The notes beneath the pieces are model-generated. The model saw only the letters and a list, made by a program, of their open reading frames with translations, was not told where the DNA came from and did no database searches. A DNA stretch of 64,000 nucleotides from an uncultured Thiomicrospira sp. (lineage in GTDB: Bacteria > Pseudomonadota > Gammaproteobacteria > CAKMZV01): NCBI GenBank assembly GCA_965195345.1, contig OZ239628.1, positions 1,760,001 to 1,824,000 of the forward strand, written 5' to 3'. A program made the translations under genes and the position numbers. This document shows, one piece after another, positions 51,413 to 62,489 of this stretch. Every line of letters starts with the position of its first letter. Within the stretch, counting starts at the first letter, position 1.

Positions 51413-53854
51413 ATGTTTAACCTATTGATTACTATCGGACTTTGTCTAACCATTTTGCTCGTGATGTCAAAATCACGACGCTCTCCTTTCATCTATCTAC
51501 TTATTCTTGGATTGTTATTGATCCTCACCCTCGAGTCGAGTTACTTCGGAGCCATAATGTACATTATGGCTATCATGTGTATCCTGCCCGCTGTCATTAT
51601 GCTCACGCCAATACTGCGTCAAAAGTTATTATCTAATCATTTTTTTAAGATAATGCGAAAACGATTGCCACAGATGAGCGAAACGGAGAAAGTAGCCATT
51701 GATTCAGGCACTATTGGCTGGGAACAGCACATTTTTACTGGAGAGCCTTCATGGCAGCATCTTAACGCTGTTCCCGTGAAAACGTTAAGCGTTGAAGAAC
51801 AATGTTTCATTGATAATGAAGTACAACAACTGTGTGCTCTAGTGAGTGATTACGATATTCAAAAACGCATGGATTTACCGAAGAAAGCGTGGGATTTTAT
51901 TGCAAAAAATCGCTTTTACGGCATCATCATACCTAAAGAATACGGCGGACTTGGTTTTTCAGCAACGGCGCACGCACGTATTGTCTCGTGCTTAGCTTCG
52001 CGTAACAGCACACTGGGTGTAACCGTTATGGTTCCAAATTCGCTGGGTCCTGGTGAACTATTAATGCACTACGGAACGCAACAGCAAAAAAGTTTTTACT
52101 TACCCCGATTGGCAAAAGGGGAAGAGATTCCTTGCTTTGCCTTAACTTCACCAACAGCAGGTTCGGATGCTGGTTCTATTGAAGATATTGGCGAATTGGT
52201 GGAATACAAAAAAGGACGAAAAAAAACGCTTGGGCTGTGCTTAAACTGGAACAAACGCTATATTACGCTTGCGCCAATTGCAACATTGATAGGGATTGCT
52301 TTTAAAACAACAGACCCTAATGGTTTGTTGCAAAAATATTTCCCAAATCATCCGTTAGCTGGCAAAAAAGATTTAGGTATTAGCTGTGCGTTAATAGCGC
52401 GTGATGTTGAATGCATCACTATCGGCAATCGCCACAATCCGATGTGGCTGCCATTCATGAACGGGCCAACTCGCGGGGAGAATGTCATTATCTCCATTGA
52501 CGACATTATTGGTGGCGCTGATTATATTGGGCAAGGGTGGCGGATGCTTATTGAAAGTCTGGCTGCTGGCAGAGGCATTTCTTTGCCATCGTTATCCGTT
52601 GCAGGAACACAAGTTGCTTTATTTACCAGTGCTGCCTATGCAGGCGCTCGCGAACAGTTCAACACACCAATTGCAAATTTTGAAGGGATTCAAGAACCAT
52701 TGGGTGAGATCGCACAGTTAACTTATTCAAGTAAAGCACTATGCACATTTACAACAGATACCGTAGATGATGGACAAAAACCTGCTTTATTGGCAGCTAT
52801 GGCTAAATATTCGAATACCGATCAGTTTCGTCAAGCGATGATTCATGCAATGGATATTCATGGAGGGCGAGCGATTATGACTGGACCTGCAAACTATTTG
52901 GAGTCCCTTTACCGCAGTGCACCTGTTGGTATCACTGTTGAGGGTGCAAATATTCTCACGCGTTCCATGATGATATTCGGGCAAGGCGCTATGCGCTGCC
53001 ACCCTTTGCTTATACGAGAAATAAATGCGCTGTCAAATACCCATCCAGATCTTGGAAGAATAGCGTTTGATGAAGCACTCTTTGAACATGGAAACTACCA
53101 TCTACGTTGTTTTTCTCGCAGTTTTATCGGAGCCATATCGCGTGGCAAATGGTTATCCGCTGACTGCCCAACAGTGTTGAAATCTAAATGGCAATCACTG
53201 ACACATCTTAGTGCAAGTTTCGCTTGGATTTCGGATTTGTTACTGCTGCTGCTTGGAGGAACGCTTAAACGTAAAGAATCCTTATCTGGATTATTAGCAG
53301 ATGCTTGGACACATTTGGTTATTGTCAGCACAGTCTTGAGGCATTGGCATAATTTTGGTTATATGGATAGCCATCGTACACTCGTTGATGCGCTAACTCA
53401 AAAGCATCTGTGCCTCGCGGAGAACGCCATGATTAAAGTGTGCGATAGCATGCCAATATCTCAACCTGCTCGTTGGTTTATACGATTCTTAGCATTTCCA
53501 TTAGGCAAACGCCACCCTATGCACAAATTGGATCACGTACTTGCTATCGGTAAAGCCACGGTTGAAGGCAATGAAATAGGCTTGGAACTCAATACTGACA
53601 TCTATGTAGGCAAGAAAAAAGATGATCCTTTATTTTGTATTTCTCAAGCCTTCTATAGCCAGAAGATTATCAATGATTTCAAAAAAAGATCATCCGTCTT
53701 AGCGACTAAACGTGGCAACAACGAATCCTTTGAAGATTGGATAAAAACATTGGTGGACAATAAAATATTAACGGTGGGCGAACAAAAAACTTGGATAAAG
53801 GCGCGCACTAAGGTTCAGGCAGCCATGCAAGTTGATGATTTTCCTAAACTTTAA
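51413..53854 (+). CDS. fadE: Acyl-CoA dehydrogenase FadE (long, membrane-anchored type)
   Basis: MVPNSLGPGELL, CFALTSPTAGSDAG, KRYITLAP, ITVEGANILTR. Confidence 0.92.
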   Translation: MFNLLITIGLCLTILLVMSKSRRSPFIYLLILGLLLILTLESSYFGAIMYIMAIMCILPAVIMLTPILRQKLLSNHFFKIMRKRLPQMSETEKVAIDSGTIGWEQHIFTGEPSWQHLNAVPVKTLSVEEQCFIDNEVQQLCALVSDYDIQKRMDLPKKAWDFIAKNRFYGIIIPKEYGGLGFSATAHARIVSCLASRNSTLGVTVMVPNSLGPGELLMHYGTQQQKSFYLPRLAKGEEIPCFALTSPTAGSDAGSIEDIGELVEYKKGRKKTLGLCLNWNKRYITLAPIATLIGIAFKTTDPNGLLQKYFPNHPLAGKKDLGISCALIARDVECITIGNRHNPMWLPFMNGPTRGENVIISIDDIIGGADYIGQGWRMLIESLAAGRGISLPSLSVAGTQVALFTSAAYAGAREQFNTPIANFEGIQEPLGEIAQLTYSSKALCTFTTDTVDDGQKPALLAAMAKYSNTDQFRQAMIHAMDIHGGRAIMTGPANYLESLYRSAPVGITVEGANILTRSMMIFGQGAMRCHPLLIREINALSNTHPDLGRIAFDEALFEHGNYHLRCFSRSFIGAISRGKWLSADCPTVLKSKWQSLTHLSASFAWISDLLLLLLGGTLKRKESLSGLLADAWTHLVIVSTVLRHWHNFGYMDSHRTLVDALTQKHLCLAENAMIKVCDSMPISQPARWFIRFLAFPLGKRHPMHKLDHVLAIGKATVEGNEIGLELNTDIYVGKKKDDPLFCISQAFYSQKIINDFKKRSSVLATKRGNNESFEDWIKTLVDNKILTVGEQKTWIKARTKVQAAMQVDDFPKL

Positions 53855-53917
53855 ATCTTAACAGATAACCCTTAACAAACAATCCTCCAAATTAACTCTA
53901 ACGAAAACCATAGTCAA

Positions 53918-56365
53918 ATGTATTTTTATCGAAAAAAAATAGAAAAGGTTGCCATTTTAGGAACAGGTACGATGGGTTCTCAAATAGCTGCACATTTTGC
54001 CAATGCAGGCATTGATGTCTTGCTCTACGGTATCAAAGATGATCCCATTGGTTGCCCTAAAATTGCCATCAAAAAACTAAGCAAACTTAAGCCCGATCCT
54101 TTTTTCAGCAGTGCATCAAAAAAACTACTAACGCCTCTTACCTACGAAGAAAACCTTGCTAATTTAAGCAGTTGCGATTTAATTATAGAGGCTATTATTG
54201 AAGACGTAATTGCTAAGGTATCGTTATATGACCAAATCACTCCCCACCTTAAAAAAACGGCAATTTTAGCAAGTAATACCAGTGGGCTATCCTTCAAAGA
54301 ACTATCGAAGAACCTCCCTGATGAGCTAAGTAAGCAGTTCTGTGGCATCCACTTTTTCAATCCCCCTCGCTATCTTTCGCTCGTCGAACTCATCCCCACC
54401 AAATCAACCGCCCAATCAACATTAAACTTGCTTGAGGGGTTTTTAACCCAAATCATCGGAAAGCGCGTTGTCATTGCACGCGATACACCGGGGTTCATTG
54501 CTAACCGAATTGGAATATTTTCTATTATGTCCACGCTCTACCATGCAGAACGTTTGGGTATTCCACTCGATACAGTTGATGCTCTAACGGGTACTCGAAT
54601 TGGTCGCTCCAAAAGCGCCACTTGCCGAACCGCTGACATCGTTGGTTTGGACATCATGCAACATGTAGTAGAACACCTGCACAAGAGCACAACAAACGAC
54701 CCTTGGCAAGACTACTTTCGCCTCCCTACTTGGCTGAGTAAATTGATTGAAAGCGGCGAGCTTGGACAGAAAACAAAATCAGGCATTTATAAAAAAACAG
54801 TCGATGGCATTGAAGTGATCGATCCAACCACAGGTGAGCGCCGATTAAGTGATACGAAACGCATTAGCGGCACAGTGAACGGCATATTGAAAGAAAACGG
54901 TGGCATTGCAAAATCGCTGCTGTTACTCGAAAAAAATGACGACCCTCAAGCACAGTTTTTATGGTCCATTCATCGAGACGTTTTCCATTTTTGTGCCTAC
55001 CATTTAGGACATATCGCGAGCAATGCACGTGATGTTGATCTAGCTATATGCAATGGATTCGGTTGGGATAGTGGTCCTTTTGATATTTGGCAAAGCGCTA
55101 ATTGGAGTGCAATCATTAACGCTATAAAAGCCGACATCGCTAATAAAAAGACATTAGCAAACATACCTTTACCTGATTGGACTGAAAATATTACGGGCGC
55201 TTATTCTGCCAAGGGGGCTTACAACCCAATCAGTGATGCTTTTGAAGCGCACTCAACCCATCCTGTGTATAAGCGTCAAATTAGTACTGCCAGCGCACGC
55301 AATGAAACGGTTAAACGATTAGATGTTATTTTAGAAAACGATGATTTCATGCTCTCGGATGGTGGCGACAACATAAGCGTATTATCATTCAAAACAAAAA
55401 TGAACACGATCAATTCTGCTGTGATCGATGGCATCAACAAAGCCATTGACTACGCCGAAGAAAAAAATGGGGCTTTAATTATTTGGCAAAATAACAAGAC
55501 TTTTTGCGCTGGCGCTAACTTGTACGAAGTCCTTACTGCAGTTAAGCTTGGCATGATTGACTCGCCTGCAACGCTTACCAGCAAACTCAAGAAAAAAGCA
55601 TTTGAAACCCTCAATCCGAACCTACCAAAGATTCAAAACCTACAAGATGTCTCCTCAGTCATCAAAGCGTTGCAAGATGTGCATATGCGCCTAAAGCACT
55701 CAAAAATCCCAACCATTGCTGCCGTACAAGGTCTTGCTTTGGGTGGAGGTTGCGAGCTCATAGTGCATTGCAATCGCGTTGTTGCACATCATGAGAGCTA
55801 TATTGGTCTTGTGGAAATTGGCATCGGCATTCTCCCTGCTGGTGCAGGAACTAAAGAGATGGCATTGCGTGCCGCACAGCATGGAAAAACAAAGCACCTG
55901 TTTGATTATTTAGCACAATACTTTGAGCAGATAGCGATGGCAAAAGTCAGCACATCTGCTACTCAAGCGCGCGAATTTGGTTATTTGCATGAAACCGATG
56001 TCCTCATTGCCCATCCTGATGAATTATTCTACGTAGCAAAAATTCAAGCACTGAGTATGCTCGAGAGCGATTTTCAAGCGCCAAAAGATGAGCCTTTTCA
56101 GGTTGCTGGCATAGGCGGCTACGCCAATTTCATGGCAAAAATGGTTAATTTTCATAGCGGTGGATACATAAGCGACCATGATTTTTTATGCGCCAAGACC
56201 ACCGCAAACGTCCTATGTGGGGGACCAGTTGAAAGCAATGATTATGTTTGTGCTCAATGGATTCTTGATTTAGAGCGCCAAGCCATTTGCGAATTATTGC
56301 ATAATCCTCTTACTCAAAATCGCATCGAACATATTTTGAAAACAGGAAAACCCCTTAGGAATTAA
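53918..56365 (+). CDS. 3-hydroxyacyl-CoA dehydrogenase / enoyl-CoA hydratase (FadN-type domain order)
   Basis: GTGTMGSQIA, SNTSG, HFFNPPRY, ALGGGCE, GLVEIGIG, TGKPLRN. Confidence 0.92.
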   Translation: MYFYRKKIEKVAILGTGTMGSQIAAHFANAGIDVLLYGIKDDPIGCPKIAIKKLSKLKPDPFFSSASKKLLTPLTYEENLANLSSCDLIIEAIIEDVIAKVSLYDQITPHLKKTAILASNTSGLSFKELSKNLPDELSKQFCGIHFFNPPRYLSLVELIPTKSTAQSTLNLLEGFLTQIIGKRVVIARDTPGFIANRIGIFSIMSTLYHAERLGIPLDTVDALTGTRIGRSKSATCRTADIVGLDIMQHVVEHLHKSTTNDPWQDYFRLPTWLSKLIESGELGQKTKSGIYKKTVDGIEVIDPTTGERRLSDTKRISGTVNGILKENGGIAKSLLLLEKNDDPQAQFLWSIHRDVFHFCAYHLGHIASNARDVDLAICNGFGWDSGPFDIWQSANWSAIINAIKADIANKKTLANIPLPDWTENITGAYSAKGAYNPISDAFEAHSTHPVYKRQISTASARNETVKRLDVILENDDFMLSDGGDNISVLSFKTKMNTINSAVIDGINKAIDYAEEKNGALIIWQNNKTFCAGANLYEVLTAVKLGMIDSPATLTSKLKKKAFETLNPNLPKIQNLQDVSSVIKALQDVHMRLKHSKIPTIAAVQGLALGGGCELIVHCNRVVAHHESYIGLVEIGIGILPAGAGTKEMALRAAQHGKTKHLFDYLAQYFEQIAMAKVSTSATQAREFGYLHETDVLIAHPDELFYVAKIQALSMLESDFQAPKDEPFQVAGIGGYANFMAKMVNFHSGGYISDHDFLCAKTTANVLCGGPVESNDYVCAQWILDLERQAICELLHNPLTQNRIEHILKTGKPLRN

Positions 56366-56367
56366 CT

Positions 56368-57546
56368 ATGCACACAGCTTACATTATTGACGCCATTCGC
56401 ACTCCTGTCGGCAAACGTAACGGTGTCCTTGCCTCAGTACGCCCAGACGATATGTTTGCCCATTGTTTGACCCAAATAATTCAGCGTAACCCTACCATCG
56501 ACATCAATCGTATTGAAGATGTCATCGTAGGTTGTGCCATGCCAGAAGGACCGCAAGGTCTTAATGTGGCACGTATTTCTGCCTTGCTTGCAGGTCTCCC
56601 CGAAACTGTTTCTGGTATGACCATCAATCGATTCTGCTCTTCTGGAATACAGTCTGTAGCACTCGCGGCTGATCGCATCCGCCTTGGTGAGGCTGATTTA
56701 ATGCTGGCAGGTGGTACCGAAAGCATGAGCCAAATACCGATGATGGGTAACAATATTTCCATCAACCTTCGAGCTAGTGAGGATGAACATGTAGGCATCG
56801 CCTACGGCATGGGACTTACCGCTGAAAAAGTAGCAAAAATGTACGATATTTCGCGCAGTGATCAAGATACTTTTGCTCTTCGCAGCAACCAAAGAGCATG
56901 TCAAGCGCATTCAGACGGTGCGTTTAATGAAGAGATAGCACCTGTTACCATTAAATATAACAAAGTAGAAGACGGTATTCTACAAGCTAAAGAGTATGTC
57001 GTAGAGCACGATCAAGGACCTCGCTGCGATACATCTCTCGCAGCACTGGCAAAGCTCAAACCTGTTTTTGCAAAAAATGGATCGGTTACTGCAGGCAACA
57101 GTTCACAAATGTCAGATGGCGCGGCTGCAATATTACTTGCCAGTGAACAAGCTGTGCGCGATTTCAATCTCAAACCTAAAGCCATTTTTCATGGCTATTC
57201 AGTTGCAGGAGTTCCTCCTGAAATAATGGGTATTGGTCCTGTAAAAGCCATACCAAAAGTACTTAAATTAACCGGTTACAGCATAAATGATTTCGATTGG
57301 ATCGAGCTCAATGAGGCTTTCGCTGCGCAAAGTCTCGCTGTTATTCGTGAATTAGGGTTAGATGAAGAAAAAGTTAATCCGCAAGGAGGAGCTATTGCAT
57401 TGGGGCATCCTTTAGGAGCAACTGGTGCCATCCGTTTAGCTACTCTGATTTCTGCCATGCAGCGACGTAATCAGTGCCGTCTTGGAATGGTCACTATGTG
57501 CATTGGCACTGGGATGGGTGCAGCGGGCGTCATTGAGAAGATTTAA
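56368..57546 (+). CDS. fadA: Acetyl-CoA C-acyltransferase (thiolase)
   Basis: [28 protein letters not shown]. Confidence 0.94.
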   Translation: MHTAYIIDAIRTPVGKRNGVLASVRPDDMFAHCLTQIIQRNPTIDINRIEDVIVGCAMPEGPQGLNVARISALLAGLPETVSGMTINRFCSSGIQSVALAADRIRLGEADLMLAGGTESMSQIPMMGNNISINLRASEDEHVGIAYGMGLTAEKVAKMYDISRSDQDTFALRSNQRACQAHSDGAFNEEIAPVTIKYNKVEDGILQAKEYVVEHDQGPRCDTSLAALAKLKPVFAKNGSVTAGNSSQMSDGAAAILLASEQAVRDFNLKPKAIFHGYSVAGVPPEIMGIGPVKAIPKVLKLTGYSINDFDWIELNEAFAAQSLAVIRELGLDEEKVNPQGGAIALGHPLGATGAIRLATLISAMQRRNQCRLGMVTMCIGTGMGAAGVIEKI

Positions 57547-57568
57547 ATACACACCGCTAAAGGCAAAT

Positions 57569-57604
57569 CGCGCAACATCTTCCCCGCTCGCTGCGCGTCT
57601 TGTT
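57569..57604 (+). terminator. Possible terminator hairpin after fadA (alternatively half of a decayed attC)
   Basis: CGCGCA...TGCGCG stem followed by TCTTGTT. Confidence 0.3.
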
Positions 57605-57810
57605 AAAGGTCTATACGGAAAGTGTAACCTATTTTTCTGCATAAATAGGTCTGCTCAAACTCTAACAGCTTTGATTATTGCGTAGCAGAGAGAGTATCGG
57701 TTTTTTAGTACCGCCTGTTTCAGCGCTATTTCCGTGATGTAGGGTTTGCGTAATTAGATTCTCGTTCGCATGCAAATGTCTATTGCAGCCCATTGTTGTA
57801 CATCACTTCA

Positions 57811-58032
57811 CTATGCCCATCGAACTAAACCGATCACGGCCGATGTCGCATAAAAGAACTGCAGCAACAAAAATGCCCATCGACTATCAATAATTGCCCA
57901 TGCGGCGAAAAGCCCTGAGGATAATAGTAGTAGCGAAAAGCCCAGAATTTCGTTTCCCGTATTTGATGCAATAAGGAGTGCATATACGATTGCGAGCACC
58001 GAGCCAGCAATTTCAAATATCGTAGTACGCAT
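57811..58032 (-). CDS. Small hydrophobic membrane protein (73 aa)
   Basis: Three hydrophobic segments; start placed at ATG 58032. Confidence 0.65.
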   Translation of the reverse strand: MRTTIFEIAGSVLAIVYALLIASNTGNEILGFSLLLLSSGLFAAWAIIDSRWAFLLLQFFYATSAVIGLVRWA

Positions 58033-58306
58033 GCGTTTTGTCACTGGTGAAATACCTTGGTTCTTCATTCCCGAATTATAACTGCGCATCCACAATCAGA
58101 TCGGATCAAAAAAGTGCTCATACTGATGAGCAAAAGTTTATCATGGTACTTAATTGTATACTATTGTGTTACTTTACATACAGCGTACGATTCAAATTCT
58201 GTTTAGCAACAGCCGATGATTTTATTGACTATCAATTACGCCTATGACAGAGAGGACGTATATTTTCTTTAAAATTTAATATCTGGTAGTTCATGATTAC
58301 CCACTT

Positions 58307-58360
58307 GTCTAACGCTTAAATTAGGTGTGCCGTAGGTTCATCTGAATTTACTTGCTATGT
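58307..58360 (-). mobile_element. Degenerate integron attC-like site
   Basis: Minus strand: ACATAGC-AAGTAA-ATTCAGAT-(13 nt)-ACCTAAT-TTAAGC-GTTAGAC; overlaps the DMT stop codon. Confidence 0.6.
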
Positions 58361-59218
58361 TTTTTTAGGAAAATTTTTCTCGTAATATGACTTCCCTAAA
58401 ATCACAGTCAGTATACCCCCAAATATGATCACCGATGCTAAGGTCAATCGCATAGTGATTGCTTCACCAACGAACAATGATCCTCCCACCGCAGCAAATA
58501 CAGGAACTAAAAGCTGCACTACAGCAGCTTGGACTGCTGTAAGTTTGCCCAATGCAATGTACCAAATAGTATATCCAATGCCAGAAGTTAGACCTCCCGC
58601 CAAAATGGCAAGGAAGATTCCTTTCAAAGACAAAGAAGAAGATTCGATTGTGAGCATTGTCAATAGAATAAGAAGCGGTAATGTACGCATAAAGTTGAAC
58701 ATAGTTTCACTTAAAGGGTTCGTGGATTTTTTACCTGCTAATGTGTAAAAGCCCCACGCGACACCAGACAATGACATAAGAATTAATCCACTGACTGAAG
58801 GCGTGGATACAGTTGGTAACACTAAATAGATAAAGCCCAAAAAAGCCACTACGACACCTATCCATTCAACAAGATGAATTTTCTTTCCTGAAAGAAAACT
58901 AACAAGCAGCATTGTTATTTGGACTGATGTAAAAAGAATTAATGCACCAGTTCCAGTTTCTAAAGTGATATATCCATACGAGAATGTAATGGCATAAATG
59001 AATAACATGAACGAAGCACTCCAGCTTCCTTTCGATATTTTTTTAGGGCTGGGGTTTATTAGTTTATATATGACAATTAGAGTAATAATCCCTGATAAAA
59101 GACGAATCGATGTGAAACTGGCAGCGTCAATTTCATTTCCATCTAAAGCTATTCTGCATAGAATAGAATTTCCAGCAAAAGCAATAAGAGAAACTGCTGT
59201 AAATAGAATTGCTTTCAT
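58355..59218 (-). CDS. DMT/EamA family transporter
   Basis: AFAGNSILCR, FTSIRLLSG, GYTIWY, QLLVPV; ~10 TM segments. Confidence 0.9.
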   Translation of the reverse strand: MKAILFTAVSLIAFAGNSILCRIALDGNEIDAASFTSIRLLSGIITLIVIYKLINPSPKKISKGSWSASFMLFIYAITFSYGYITLETGTGALILFTSVQITMLLVSFLSGKKIHLVEWIGVVVAFLGFIYLVLPTVSTPSVSGLILMSLSGVAWGFYTLAGKKSTNPLSETMFNFMRTLPLLILLTMLTIESSSLSLKGIFLAILAGGLTSGIGYTIWYIALGKLTAVQAAVVQLLVPVFAAVGGSLFVGEAITMRLTLASVIIFGGILTVILGKSYYEKNFPKKT

Positions 59219-59248
59219 TATTATTAATTACTATGATACTGATCGAAA

Positions 59249-59299
59249 ACGTAACGACAAGGATAATCCACGCCGTTGAGTGCATCCATTTTTTTATAC
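59249..59299 (-). mobile_element. Second, more decayed attC-like site
   Basis: Minus strand: GTATAAA...GGATGCAC...GTGGATTATCC...GTTACGT; overlaps the stop of the ORF ending at 59294. Confidence 0.35.
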
Positions 59300-59710
59300 T
59301 GCAATGTGCATTTCATTAGAGTTCTGATCATAATCTGTAATCTTTAAGGTTCGTGTTTTAAACACCACCTTTACAATTTCAGTCAAACATATTTTCTCAA
59401 CAGGAAGATAGATAACTTCCTGCGTTTGAGATTCGAGTTCAAATTTGAATACTTTCCCTGCTTCCATAGACTTCTTATTTGTAGAAAAAATCATACTCTC
59501 TCTAAAATCGATTTTTGTTCACTGGATAGCTTTCCTAACTATACAACCCCACTGTACGTTTTCAGTAGCAAATTCTTCAGGTACTTCTATCCATTTTACT
59601 TTTCTTGCATGACCTAAATCATATTTTTGAAATTCCTCACCAAGTTCTTTGGATTGTCATTCAAATATGGTTTATGCAATTCCCTCCTATTAGTGAGCTC
59701 TCCATACATT
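59294..59710 (-). pseudogene. Disrupted ORF remnant (possible decayed cassette gene)
   Basis: Frame KELGEEFQKYDLGHARKVKWIEVPEEF...KAIQ*TKIDFRES continues in frame into the 66-aa ORF ending ...HIAV*. Confidence 0.35.
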
Positions 59711-59894
59711 TCTTAAATGTAGCATAGCCGCCCTAGAGTGCGTTTCCATTGAGACTTTCCAAGTAGGCATAATTGTTTTAATTTATATCAATTTCGCTTG
59801 TAATGCGAAATGATTAATCGTAGCACTTACTATGATCTACACATAGCGTATGATTTAGATTCTTTTTAATAACCCAATAGGTAACAATTTTGGT

Positions 59895-60905
59895 TTAAGT
59901 GAGCAGTTCTAATATATTCCTATCCAACGCCGCCTCGAAACCTTTATCATTACCGGGATTCGCCGCACAATGTCCCCATACGGAGTTATATGGTCGAAAC
60001 TTTACATTTGGTATGTGTATGGCTTCAAAAGCATTATCTTCTGGCGGGAAGTAGAGATCGTGTTGACAAGGCATCAATATTGTTTTGGCTTTTATAGACG
60101 CTAATGCTTTGACAAAATTATTATCGTATGACTTGCTTATATCTGCGTTTTGCCATGTTGCTAATTTAGTCAATAAATTGTTAGCGTCCCAATTTGCGAC
60201 ATGATCATCCTCCCAATCCACTAACAATTCTTCAATCGAGTTAAAGCCCAGTTGTTGAAATAGTTTTTCTCGATAGAAACTTTGCGAAAAAGCCCAACCC
60301 GCGTACACTCGAGCAAAAGCCTTTAAACCTGCAACTGGAGGTGTGTCGTATTCCCCTTGATTGAAGGTTTGATCCGCACACAATGCAGCTTTAACGCCCT
60401 CTAAAAATACGAAGTTATGACGTGAAGTTTTTGCTGAAGCACAAAATGGCAAGATTGCCTTCACCATGTGCGGGTATTGAACCGCCCATTGATAGGCTTG
60501 ACAGCCTGCCATCGACCAACCAGCAACTAATGCAATGCTTTCTACAGCTAATTTCTCAGTGAGCAATCTGTATTGACAGAAAACATTATCCCACAAGCTT
60601 ATTTTTGGGAAAAGTGAGTTCTGTTGGGATGGGATTGTGTTATTCGGTGATGTTGATAGACCGTTGCCAAATAAATTAACCGAAATAATAAAATGTTTTT
60701 TTGGATTAATTGCCCGATCCTCTCCAAAAAAGCCCTCATTTCTATAATGATTCCCCGTATAAAATGTTGGCAAAAGTATGACGTTGTCCTTCTTTGGTGA
60801 TAAATCCCCGTAGGTTTTGTACGCCAACTGTGCTTGATGTAACGTTTCACCCGAAGTTAGTTCAACATCGCCTAATAGGAATAATTCATAATCGTTTTTC
60901 TTCAT
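59895..60905 (-). CDS. Alpha/beta hydrolase, homoserine O-acetyltransferase-like paralog
   Basis: LAYKTYG, GNGLSTSP, GWSMA nucleophile, DLYFP, WGH. Confidence 0.82.
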   Translation of the reverse strand: MKKNDYELFLLGDVELTSGETLHQAQLAYKTYGDLSPKKDNVILLPTFYTGNHYRNEGFFGEDRAINPKKHFIISVNLFGNGLSTSPNNTIPSQQNSLFPKISLWDNVFCQYRLLTEKLAVESIALVAGWSMAGCQAYQWAVQYPHMVKAILPFCASAKTSRHNFVFLEGVKAALCADQTFNQGEYDTPPVAGLKAFARVYAGWAFSQSFYREKLFQQLGFNSIEELLVDWEDDHVANWDANNLLTKLATWQNADISKSYDNNFVKALASIKAKTILMPCQHDLYFPPEDNAFEAIHIPNVKFRPYNSVWGHCAANPGNDKGFEAALDRNILELLT

Positions 60906-61348
60906 GGTGCTTCTGCATTGTTTATCTTAACTGTATTTCTTTAATTAAGCATATTTTTTGTCATATGCTCAATGTGGATTAGTTCATGGAGAGCCTCTAA
61001 TCTCAACAAATATTTCAACGTTCTTTAACTCACATTACCCACACTCTTGAAGGAGGACGATAATAAGCGGAGAATATTCATTGTACTGATAATTTTATTT
61101 CTTAATATACGAAAAGAATACATCCTTAACACAGCATAATGCTTTCATTAAATAGACAAATTGAGATATTTAAGGGAATGGGAAAATAATTCAAAAAAAA
61201 TCAAGAAATGATTTTAAATCCGTGATAGCATTATTTACATGTTTCACATAGATAATTTATTAGATATGTTGAACAAGATTACAGCACTTTAAAAAGCAAG
61301 CGTTTTTCATGCTTACCTTATGAGTTTCTTTTTATAAATAGAGGGATA

Positions 61349-62461
61349 ATGATTATACAAGACATGCTCCAGTCATTAGAAACATGGGCAGATGATAAAA
61401 ACAATCTGAAAAAAGGGCTTCCTTCTTTTGTGTATACTAGCAAAGAATTCTGGGATCTTGAATGCAAAACTCTTTTCAGACAAAATTGGATATGCGTTGG
61501 CTTTGCTCACGAGTTAAAAGAAACGGGTGATGTTATTCCAGTTGTTGTTGGCAATCAATCCCTTATATTAGTCAAGAATACTCAAGGGAAAGTGGTCGCT
61601 TTTCACAATGTTTGCCGCCATAGGTGTTTACATTTAGTGGACCAACCAAAAAATGTAGGTAAGCTCATACGTTGCCCCTACCATGCTTGGGCGTATAACT
61701 TGGACGGAGCGTTGCGTAGTTCTCCTCATTTTGGTGGCACAGACAATCATAATCCAGAAGGATTTGATCCAGAAGAATTTGGCTTAATTCCAGTAAGAAC
61801 ACACGTGTGGCATGATTGGATATTCGTTAATTTAGATGGCAATGCCCCAGATTTTGAAGAGTATTCAACCCCTTTAGCCAATCGCCTTCAAGGAGTGAAC
61901 TGGGATAAAACCCAGCATATAGCAACGCTTGATTTTGGTGAAATAGCAACGAATTGGAAGTTCATTATGGAGAACTTCATTGAACCATATCATGTACAGT
62001 TTGTTCATCGCTCAACAACAAGTCAACCACTGGAAGATCACTATACTGTGGTGGATGGTGCGTGTTTGGGCAGTTCAATCGACATGCAAGAAGAAGCTGG
62101 TGTTAAGGGCAGTTTAGCCGTTAGTTCTCGGTATTTAACATTATTCCCTAATTTTATTATTGGAAGATACTTTCCAGATCAGCTAGGTGTATATCTAAAT
62201 ATCCCTTTAGGTCCAAATCGTATGGCGCAAAAAAGAGCGATTTATAGCACTGAAGGACAAACTTTGACCCATGAAGAGGTTGATAATTTAAAGACACTTT
62301 GGTGGGATGTGCACCGAGAAGATCATGTTATTTGCGAGCGGATGCAAATTGGTCGAAATTCATCCGTTTCTGACAGTGGTGGTGTTTTATCGCCACACTG
62401 GGAAGACAGCGTCAGGGCTTTTGAAGAACTAATAGTTCAAAGCGTCAACAATAATCCTTAA
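61349..62461 (+). CDS. Rieske non-heme iron oxygenase alpha subunit (choline monooxygenase/CntA-like group)
   Basis: CRHR...CPYHAW Rieske motif; NWKFIMENFIEPYHVQFVH and EDHVICE mononuclear Fe site. Confidence 0.9.
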   Translation: MIIQDMLQSLETWADDKNNLKKGLPSFVYTSKEFWDLECKTLFRQNWICVGFAHELKETGDVIPVVVGNQSLILVKNTQGKVVAFHNVCRHRCLHLVDQPKNVGKLIRCPYHAWAYNLDGALRSSPHFGGTDNHNPEGFDPEEFGLIPVRTHVWHDWIFVNLDGNAPDFEEYSTPLANRLQGVNWDKTQHIATLDFGEIATNWKFIMENFIEPYHVQFVHRSTTSQPLEDHYTVVDGACLGSSIDMQEEAGVKGSLAVSSRYLTLFPNFIIGRYFPDQLGVYLNIPLGPNRMAQKRAIYSTEGQTLTHEEVDNLKTLWWDVHREDHVICERMQIGRNSSVSDSGGVLSPHWEDSVRAFEELIVQSVNNNP

Positions 62462-62489
62462 AAACATACGAACAAGGAGTCGAACAAAT

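Noticed and set aside
57547-57660. Third attC site after fadA (CTTTAAC AAGACGCGCAGCG on the minus strand) and an ACCTATTT/AAATAGGT palindrome
   Set aside because: Only a half-site with no matching GTTRRRY box; equally explained as a terminator
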